NCBI GenBank assembly: GCA_004431415.1
Contig: QPMI01000638.1
Location: 175,728-239,727, forward strand
DNA: 64,000 bases
Source of the DNA: Cyanophora paradoxa CCMP329
Lineage: Eukaryota > Plantae > Glaucophyta
Reading direction: 5' to 3'
Numbering within the stretch: position 1 is the first letter of the stretch; each line of letters begins with the position of its first letter. A model generated the notes under the pieces. The model was not told where the DNA came from and searched no databases. It saw nothing but the letters and a program-made list of their open reading frames with translations. The position numbers and the translations under genes are program-made. This document shows, piece after piece, positions 54,997 to 64,000 of the stretch.

Positions 54997-55301
54997 TGTC
55001 AAAGCCGCAGAATAGTGCGCTAGACCGAGCCACCGGACACCTCCGCCGGTGTACCCCTATGTTCTTGGTCCTTGGTCCCTAAACTGCTTAATTTCAAGCG
55101 CGACCAAGCTGCGTCCTACGTGGTGTTAGGTCGTTGACCTCAACCGCGGCTGGACTTATGCAGCTTGAGGTCACTGACGTGCGATCAAATCACGTAGGGC
55201 TTGATGTCAGAAGGCCCGCGGCTCACTCTGCCGCGGTCTTCTTCGCTGCAAGAGAGGAATGCCGCGCAGGGTGAGCGAGGCCCAACGACCGGCATCGCCA
55301 C

Positions 55302-56773
55302 ATGCGCTCAGCGCCACCCGGCTCAAGCAATAGATTCCTGCACCTGTTGAACTCACACGGCCCGGCAGTACTGACGGCCAAGCTTGAGCTATACCGATCC
55401 AACGCAGAGGAACGGAAGGCGCTCGAGCAGCGCATCTGTACGATGCTTCGGCCTATCGAGCAGCAAGCGCCGCTTTACGCTGACAACATTGCAGTGCGCG
55501 AGCGCAGGAAAAAATCACAGGATATCATCTCGCGCAACATACAGCGCGCCGCAAGCCTGACTCGTGAACGCAAACTCGAGGGTCTTGCTGAAAGGGTTCA
55601 CACTTCCATTCCTCTCTTCATTCGTGCGCCAAGCGGGTAGAGCAGGCGGCATCGCGCTCAGCACGGCGGTGGAGCAGCGAGGGATCCTCGAATAGCGACC
55701 GTGGAGAGCAACTGGAGGAGCTGAACGCGCCCCCGTCGTTTCAGAGACCTCCGGGTCTTCGTCAAGATGTCTGGGTCTTGCGTTTGTGGCTCACCATCAT
55801 TGCCCTCGCGTCCAGAAGTGCGTAAAACGTCTATGTGGTTTAGCAAACCTAATTGCCATTTTTTTCTAGGTCACTTCTTCGAACAGTGCTTCATAGTGAG
55901 TCCGAAGGCTGCGAAATCTGCAACTCTGGTATATAAGCATGCACACAGGATCAGAAGATGCAGACGGCGGTATCAATCATCCAACGTGCCTACCGAAGTT
56001 CAGTTCATCGACAGCGAGCAAAATCGTTGCGCAAACGACTACATTTTCTGCTCCAGAACTTTCCAGGCAACCGTCACTATGCGCTCTATGTATGCACTGT
56101 GTTTTTCGTCGAAGAAGCTTCAAGCATTGCCTTGATTTGCGTTTTGCAGCGCTATTTCGGACTCTTCAAGACGGGGCTCCCGGACTTCTCAACTGAACAG
56201 AATCTTGTAGAATCGCTCTTTCTAGAACTTGCCCTCGACGAACGCCCACAATGTGCTGTCGAGGTTCTCCACTGTTTCTTGATTGCGTTTTCTAATGCCT
56301 AAATGGCCTCACCAGACATCCATAGAGGGAAAAGGCGTTTTTGCCCTCCTTTCAGACGGAGGAAAACGTGGAAGAAACTTCGAGGATTTGCTCAAACGGG
56401 ATCTCGTGAGTTGTTATTCCTTTTGAAATGCAAATAAAGCAGTATTCCAACCAAGCACAGGATCCGCCGGACTTGCAAACGGTTCTTGCTGGCTCATTGC
56501 TTCCAGCACCTGAGTTCGCATTTTAGCACCTGAGTTTCACGCTGATGGCAATCTTAATGTTGATTCGATTTGCTCAGGCCATGCAAAGCCGGACCATCAG
56601 GGGCTGGTGTCGCGGCCGGAAAAGCTGGCACAGCCCCATTACGGCACGTACAGCCTCCACCTGTTGCCGGTGCAGCAAAGAAGGTTGGTGTAGCAAAACT
56701 TCCCGTCTTCCCAAGCGAGAGAAGGAAGCACTCTATCGATTCCGACTCAGACTGTGACGTAGTTTTCGAATGA
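55302..56773 (+). CDS. Unknown protein with an IQ-like motif
   Basis: Spliced exons; AVSIIQRAYRSSVHR; ends DSDSDCDVVFE*. Confidence 0.6.
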
Positions 56774-56795
56774 GTCGTACAGGTAGCATGTAGCT

Positions 56796-57005
56796 TGCGT
56801 TCAGCGTAGACAGAGCTAGCTAGCTGTGTACTACGCCTGTCTGGGTTACACGTAGGGAGGTGCGGCCCTCGCCGTTGCCGGCCCAGCCGTTCCCCCCCGA
56901 GACCCGTAAGGGGAGTAACGCTCCACCCCAGCACAGCCTATGGCCGCGCACGTGTCGTGTGCAGCATCGCGTAGTCGTTCTTGGGCGGTGGGAGTTCCTG
57001 CAGGC
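56796..57005 (-). repeat. Family B copy (may extend to about 57340)
   Basis: Reverse complement of 32960-33167. Confidence 0.88.
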
Positions 57006-57343
57006 CCGGCGGGGCCGGGACCCGTCGGTAGCCTGCGCGCGGGGGGGCGGCGCACGCGCGGAAGGGGGTCAGATCGGAATTGAAGCGCCCTGAAATCGAA
57101 ATCGAAGGCACGCACTCGGGGAAAGCGCGAAAGCGTGATCCCTCCCTGGTCGATTCTGCAGGGCGGCGGAAGCGCGCAGAGGGGGGTCAGGCAGCGCACG
57201 CGAGATCGGACTTCGGGAGGCGGGGCGGGCACCCAGGGGTTCCAATCCACGCTCCGCAAGGGTAGATTGGCGGGCCTCCCAGTGCGAGTGCCTGCACGCG
57301 CGGGGTTGACCCGAGGGCATTCCAACGCGAGGGCATTCCAACG

Positions 57344-57847
57344 CGGCTGGACTCTGTAAATAATTCTCGAATTCGAACCCCTCATATGATCACTGAGTCA
57401 AACTTCAAAATCAATAACTCAAATCATGATCATGCTGGCACGTAGTTTTACAAGCAACCCCCATGATCACAGTCCGGGCTACGAAGTGGCGATTTCAAGG
57501 CATATCATTATTGTAATCGTAATCGTAACTGTAATCCCCTAGAAGCGCCAAAGCTTGAGCCATGCTAAGATGAGCCACGCTAATTGTAATCGTAACCGCA
57601 AAAGCAACGTACTGCTAGAGCTTGCATTTCAGATACGACTCACACGATGCAGCTAGATGTGCTAGCCGCTAGTGTATATCACGTGTCTACGCTGAACGCA
57701 GCGTGTATCTCCCTCTACATCTCAAAATCCAAATCAACATCCACCTCCACGAAGTCAAGATCGCACTCCTCGGCAGTGAGGACCTGCCCGAAACGCTGCT
57801 CGAGCAACTGAAGGAGATGTTAGTGCAGGCAATTCTCCTTCAATGGG
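57344..57847 (+). repeat. 504-bp direct duplicate of 51358-51861 abutting the telomere
   Basis: Direct match with one mismatch (gatcacgctg vs gatcatgctg). Confidence 0.97.
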
Positions 57848-58067
57848 TTAGGGTTAGGGTTAGGGTTAGGGTTAGGGTTAGGGTTAGGGTTAGGGTTAGG
57901 GTTAGGGTTAGGGTTAGGGTTAGGGTTAGGGTTAGGGTTAGGGTTAGGGTTAGGGTTAGGGTTAGGGTTAGGGTTAGGGTTAGGGTTAGGGTTAGGGTTA
58001 GGGTTAGGTTAGGGTTAGGGTTAGGGTTAGGGTTAGGGTAGGGTTAGGGTTAGGGTTAGGGTTAGGG

Positions 58068-58106
<39 letters not shown>

Positions 58107-58583
58107 GGTTAGGGTTAGGGTTAGGGTTAGGGTTAGGGTTAGGGTTAGGGTAGGGTTAGGGTTAGGGTTAGGGTTAGGGTTAGGGTTAGGGTTAGGGTTA
58201 GGGTTAGGGTTAGGGTTAGGGTTAGGGTTAGGGTTAGGGTTAGGGTTAGGGTTAGGGTTAGGGTTAGGGTTAGGGTTAGGATTAGGGTTAGGGTTAGGGT
58301 TAGGGTTAGGGTTAGGGTTAGGGTTAGGGTTAGGGTTAGGGTTAGGGTTAGGGTTAGGTTAGGGTTAGGGTTAGGGTTAGGTTAGGTTAGGGTTAGGGTT
58401 AGGGTTAGGGTTAGGGTTAGGGTTAGGTTAGGGTTAGGGTTAGGGTTAGGGTTAGGGTTAGGGTTAGGGTTAGGGTTAGGGTTAGGGTTAGGGTTAGGGT
58501 TAGGGTTAGGGTTAGGGTTAGGGTTAGGGTTAGGGTTAGGGTTAGGGTTAGGGTTAGGGTTAGGGTTAGGGTTAGGGTTAGGG

Positions 58584-58624
<41 letters not shown>

Positions 58625-59676
58625 GGTTAGGGTTAGGGTTAGGGTTAGGGTTAGGGTTAGGGTTAGGGTTAGGGTTAGGGTTAGGGTTAGGGTTAGGGTT
58701 AGGGGTAGGGTTAGGGTTAGGGTTAGGGTTAGGGTTAGGGTTAGGGTTAGGGTTAGGGTTAGGGTTAGGGTTAGGGTTAGGGTTAGGGTTAGGGTTAGGG
58801 TTAGGGTTAGGGTTAGGGTTAGGGTTAGGGTTAGGGTTAGGGTTAGGTTAGGGTTAGGGTTAGGGTTAGGGTTAGGGTTAGGGTTAGGGTTAGGGTTAGG
58901 GTTAGGGTTAGGGTTAGGGTTAGGGTTAGGGTTAGGGTTAGGGTTAGGGTTAGGGTTAGGGTTAGGGTTAGGGTTAGGGTTAGGGTTAGGGTTAGGGTTA
59001 GGGTTAGGGTTAGGGTTAGGGTTAGGGTAGGTTAGGGTTAGGGTTAGGGTTAGGGTTAGGGTTAGGGTTAGGGTTAGGGTTAGGGTTAGGGTTAGGGTTA
59101 GGGTTAGGGTTAGGGTTAGGGTTAGGGTTAGGGTTAGGGTTAGGGTTAGGGTTAGGGTTAGGGTTAGGGTTAGGTTAGGGTTAGGGTTAGGGTTAGGGTT
59201 AGGGTTAGGGTTAGGGTTAGGGTTAGGGTTAGGGTTAGGGTTAGGGTTAGGGTTAGGGTTAGGGTTAGGGTTAGGGTTAGGGTTAGGGTTAGGGTTAGGG
59301 TTAGGGTTAGGGTTAGGGTTAGGGTTAGGGTTAGGGTTAGGGTTAGGGTTAGGGTTAGGGTTAGGGTTAGGGTTAGGGTTAGGGTTAGGGTTAGGGTTAG
59401 GGTTAGGGTTAGGGTTAGGGTTAGGGTTAGGGTTAGGGTTAGGGTTAGGGTTAGGGTTAGGGTTAGGGTTAGGGTTAGGGTTAGGGTTAGGGTTAGGGTT
59501 AGGGTTAGGGTTAGGGTTAGGGTTAGGGTTAGGGTTAGGGTTAGGGTTAGGGTTAGGGTTAGGTTAGGGTTAGGGTTAGGGTTAGGGTTAGGGTTAGGGT
59601 TAGGGTTAGGGTTAGGGTTAGGTTAGGGTTAGGGTTAGGGTTAGGGTTAGGGTTAGGGTTAGGGTTAGGGTTAGGG

Positions 59677-59717
<41 letters not shown>

Positions 59718-59875
59718 GGTTAGGGTTAGGGTTAGGGTTAGGGTTAGGTTTAGGGTTAGGGTTAGGGTTAGGGTTAGGGTTAGGGTTAGGGTTAGGGTTA
59801 GGGTTAGGGTTAGGGTTAGGGTTAGGGTTAGGGTTAGGGTTAGGGTTAGGGTTAGGGTTAGGGTTAGGGTTAGGG

Positions 59876-59916
<41 letters not shown>

Positions 59917-60379
59917 GGTTGGGGTTAGGGTTAGGGTTAGGGTTAGGGTTAGGGTTAGGGTTAGGGTTAGGGTTAGGGTTAGGGTTAGGGTTAGGGTTAG
60001 GGTTAGGGTTAGGGTTAGGGTTAGGGTTAGGGTTAGGGTTAGGGTTAGGGTTAGGGTTAGGGTTATGGTTAGGGTTAGGGTTAGGGTTAGGGTTAGGGTT
60101 AGGGTTAGGGTTAGGGTTAGGGTTAGGGTTAGGGTTAGGGTTAGGGTTAGGGTTAGGGTTAGGGTTAGGGTTAGGGTTAGGGTTAGGGTTAGGGTTATGG
60201 TTAGGGTTAGGGTTAGGGTTAGGGTTAGGGTTAGGGTTAGGGTTAGGGTTAGGGTTAGGGTTAGGGTTAGGGTTAGGGTTAGGGTTAGGGTTAGGGTTAG
60301 GGTTAGGGTTAGGGTTAGGGTTAGGGTTAGGGTTAGGGTTAGGGTTAGGTTAGGGTTAGGGTTAGGGTTAGGGTTAGGG

Positions 60380-60420
<41 letters not shown>

Positions 60421-60726
60421 GGTTAGGGTTAGGGTTAGGGTTAGGGTTAGGGTTAGGGTTAGGGTTAGGGTTAGGGTTAGGTTAGGGTTAGGGTTAGGGT
60501 TAGGGTTAGGGTTAGGGTTAGGGTTAGGGTTAGGGTTAGGGTTAGGGTTAGGGTTAGGGTTAGGGTTAGGGGTAGGGTTAGGGTTAGGGTTAGGGTTAGG
60601 GTTAGGGTTAGGGTTAGGGTTAGGGTTAGGGTTAGGGTTAGGGTTAGGGTTAGGGTTAGGGTTAGGGTTAGGGTTAGGTTAGGGTTAGGGTTAGGGTTAG
60701 GGTTAGGGTTAGGGTTAGGGTTAGGG

Positions 60727-60767
<41 letters not shown>

Positions 60768-61037
60768 GGTTAGGGTTAGGGTTAGGGTTAGGGTTAGGGT
60801 TAGGGTTAGGGTTAGGGTTAGGGTTAGGTTAGGGTTAGGGTTAGGGTTAGGGTTAGGGTTAGGGTTAGGGTTAGGGTTAGGGTTAGGGTTAGGGTTAGGG
60901 TTAGGGTTAGGGTTAGGGTTAGGGTTAGGGTTAGGGTTAGGGTTAGGTTAGGGTTAGGGTTAGGGTTAGGGTTAGGGTTAGGGTTAGGGTTAGGGTTAGG
61001 GTTAGGGTTAGGGTTAGGGTTAGGGTTAGGGTTAGGG

Positions 61038-61115
<78 letters not shown>

Positions 61116-61261
61116 GGTTAGGGTTAGGGTTAGGGTTAGGTTAGTTAGGGTTAGGGTTAGGGTTAGGGTTAGGTTAGGGTTAGGGTTAGGGTTAGGGTTA
61201 GGGTTAGGGTTAGGTTAGGTTAGGGTTAGGGTTAGGGTTAGGGTTAGGGTTAGGGTTAGGG

Positions 61262-61295
<34 letters not shown>

Positions 61296-64000
61296 GGTTA
61301 GGGTTAGGTTAGGGTTAGGGTTAGGGTTAGGGTTAGGTAGGGTTAGGGTTAGGTTAGGGTTAGGGTGTTAGGGTTAGGGTTAGGGTTAGGGTTAGGGTTA
61401 GGGTTAGGGTTAGGTAGGTTAGGGTTAGGGAGGTTAGGGTTAGGGTTAGGGTTAGGGTTAGGGTTAGGGTTAGGTAGGGTTAGGGTTAGGGTTGTAGGGT
61501 TAGGGTTAGGGTTAGGGTTAGGGTTAGGGTTAGGGTTAGGGTTAGGGTTAGGGTTAGGGTTAGGGTTAGGGTTAGGGTTAGGGTTAGGGTTAGGGTTAGG
61601 GTTAGGGTTAGGGTTAGGGTTAGGGTTAGGGTTAGGGTTAGGGTTAGGGTTAGGGTTAGGGTTAGGGTTAGGGTTAGGGTTAGGGTTAGGGTTAGGGTTA
61701 GGGTTAGGGTTAGGGTTAGGGTTAGGGTTAGGGTTAGGGTTAGGGTTAGGGTTAGGGTTAGGGTTAGGGTTAGGGTTAGGGTTAGGGTTAGGGTTAGGGT
61801 TAGGGTTAGGGTTAGGGTTAGGGTTAGGGTTAGGGTTAGGGTTAGGGTTAGGGTTAGGGTTAGGGTTAGGGTTAGGGTTAGGGTTAGGGTTAGGGTTAGG
61901 GTTAGGGTTAGGGTTAGGGTTAGGGTTAGGGTTAGGGTTAGGGTTAGGGTTAGGGTTAGGGTTAGGGTTAGGGTTAGGGTTAGGGTTAGGGTTAGGGTTA
62001 GGGTTAGGGTTAGGGTTAGGGTTAGGGTTAGGGTTAGGGTTAGGGTTAGGGTTAGGGTTAGGGTTAGGGTTAGGGTTAGGGTTAGGGTTAGGGTTAGGGT
62101 TAGGGTTAGGGTTAGGGTTAGGGTTAGGGTTAGGGTTAGGGTTAGGGTTAGGGTTAGGGTTAGGGTTAGGGTTAGGGTTAGGGTTAGGGTTAGGGTTAGG
62201 GTTAGGGTTAGGGTTAGGGTTAGGGTTAGGGTTAGGGTTAGGGTTAGGGTTAGGGTTAGGGTTAGGGTTAGGGTTAGGGTTAGGGTTAGGGTTAGGGTTA
62301 GGGTTAGGGTTAGGGTTAGGGTTAGGGTTAGGGTTAGGGTTAGGGTTAGGGTTAGGGTTAGGGTTAGGGTTAGGGTTAGGGTTAGGGTTAGGGTTAGGGT
62401 TAGGGTTAGGGTTAGGGTTAGGGTTAGGGTTAGGGTTAGGGTTAGGGTTAGGGTTAGGGTTAGGGTTAGGGTTAGGGTTAGGGTTAGGGTTAGGGTTAGG
62501 GTTAGGGTTAGGGTTAGGGTTAGGGTTAGGGTTAGGGTTAGGGTTAGGGTTAGGGTTAGGGTTAGGGTTAGGGTTAGGGTTAGGGTTAGGGTTAGGGTTA
62601 GGGTTAGGGTTAGGGTTAGGGTTAGGGTTAGGGTTAGGGTTAGGGTTAGGGTTAGGGTTAGGGTTAGGGTTAGGGTTAGGGTTAGGGTTAGGGTTAGGGT
62701 TAGGGTTAGGGTTAGGGTTAGGGTTAGGGTTAGGGTTAGGGTTAGGGTTAGGGTTAGGGTTAGGGTTAGGGTTAGGGTTAGGGTTAGGGTTAGGGTTAGG
62801 GTTAGGGTTAGGGTTAGGGTTAGGGTTAGGGTTAGGGTTAGGGTTAGGGTTAGGGTTAGGGTTAGGGTTAGGGTTAGGGTTAGGGTTAGGTTAGGGTTAG
62901 GGTTAGGGTTAGGGTTAGGGTTAGGGTTAGGGTTAGGGTTAGGGTTAGGTTAGGGTTAGGGTTAGGGTTAGGGTTAGGGTTAGGGTTAGGGTTAGGGTTA
63001 GGGTTAGGGTTAGGGTTAGGGTTAGGGTTAGGGTTAGGGTTAGGGTTAGGGTTAGGGTTAGGGTTAGGGTTAGGGTTAGGGTTAGGGTTAGGGTTAGGGT
63101 TAGGGTTATGGTTAGGGTTAGGGTTAGGGTTAGGGTTAGGGTTAGGGTTAGGGTTAGGGTTAGGGTTAGGGTTAGGGTTAGGGTTAGGGTTAGGGTTAGG
63201 GTTAGGGTTAGGGTTAGGGTTAGGGTTAGGGTTAGGGTTAGGGTTAGGGTTAGGGTTAGGGTTAGGGTTAGGGTTAGGGTTAGGGTTAGGGTTAGGGTTA
63301 GGGTTAGGGTTAGGGTTAGGGTTAGGGTTAGGGTTAGGGTTAGGGTTAGGGTTAGGGTTAGGGTTAGGGTTAGGGTTAGGGTTAGGGTTAGGGTTAGGGT
63401 TAGGGTTAGGGTTAGGGTTAGGGTTAGGGTTAGGGTTAGGGTTAGGGTTAGGGTTAGGGTTAGGGTTAGGGTTAGGGTTAGGGTTAGGGTTAGGGTTAGG
63501 GTTAGGGTTAGGGTTAGGGTTAGGGTTAGGGTTAGGGTTAGGGTTAGGGTTAGGGTTAGGGTTAGGGTTAGGGTTAGGGTTAGGGTTAGGGTTAGGGTTA
63601 GGGTTAGGGTTAGGGTTAGGGTTAGGGTTAGGGTTAGGGTTAGGGTTAGGGTTAGGGTTAGGGTTAGGGTTAGGGTTAGGGTTAGGGTTAGGGTTAGGGT
63701 TAGGGTTAGGGTTAGGTTAGGGTTAGGGTTAGGGTTAGGGTTAGGGTTAGGGTTAGGGTTAGGGTTAGGGTTAGGGTTAGGGTTAGGGTTAGGGTTAGGG
63801 TTAGGGTTAGGGTTAGGGTTAGGGTTAGGGTTAGGGTTAGGGTTAGGGTTAGGGTTAGGGTTAGGGTTAGGGTTAGGGTTAGGGTTAGGGTTAGGGTTAG
63901 GGTTAGGGTTAGGGTTAGGGTTAGGGTTAGGGTTAGGGTTAGGGTTAGGGTTAGGGTTAGTGTAGGGTTAGGGTTAGGGTTAGGGTTAGGGTTAGGGTTA
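57848..64000 (+). repeat. Telomere (TTAGGG)n, more than 6.1 kb
   Basis: Continuous TTAGGG array to the window end, G-rich strand running toward the end. Confidence 0.99.

Noticed and set aside
61080-61500. Cluster of variant telomere units
   Set aside because: Mostly 1-bp indels with no consistent higher-order period; probably consensus errors
57848-64000. (VR)n and (LG)n ORFs
   Set aside because: Translations of the telomere repeat

Overview
Right end of a eukaryotic chromosome: about 57.8 kb of gene-dense DNA followed by a (TTAGGG)n telomere (57848-64000). The host is probably a primary-plastid alga. This is an inference from the PBRP1-like and BRUTUS-like genes, a nuclear cpSRP54 with a transit-like N-terminus and no signal peptide, and many ~50-nt introns; it fits a glaucophyte. 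About 19 spliced genes are recognisable: eEF2, TRA2, PBRP1, TilS, a RING protein, BTS/HRZ, NAA38, a monothiol Grx, RPA12, SIW14-like, TBC, TFB4, a DnaJ zinc finger, Rab6, ZYP1-like, cpSRP54, SEY1-like, ArfGAP1, a coiled-coil protein and an IQ protein. Many are in head-to-head pairs, separated by islands of mosaic short repeats. Main findings: (1) three unrelated repeat families share a fixed ...GAA(N)GCA end that often sits just downstream of, and points at, a stop codon; (2) a pervasive X-X'-X micro-palindrome insertion signature in the islands; (3) gene 3' ends are repeatedly copied elsewhere, including a 504-bp copy capped directly by the telomere; (4) a ZYP1-like synaptonemal-complex gene. 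Gene models were spliced by eye, and family assignments rest on recalled motifs, not database searches.
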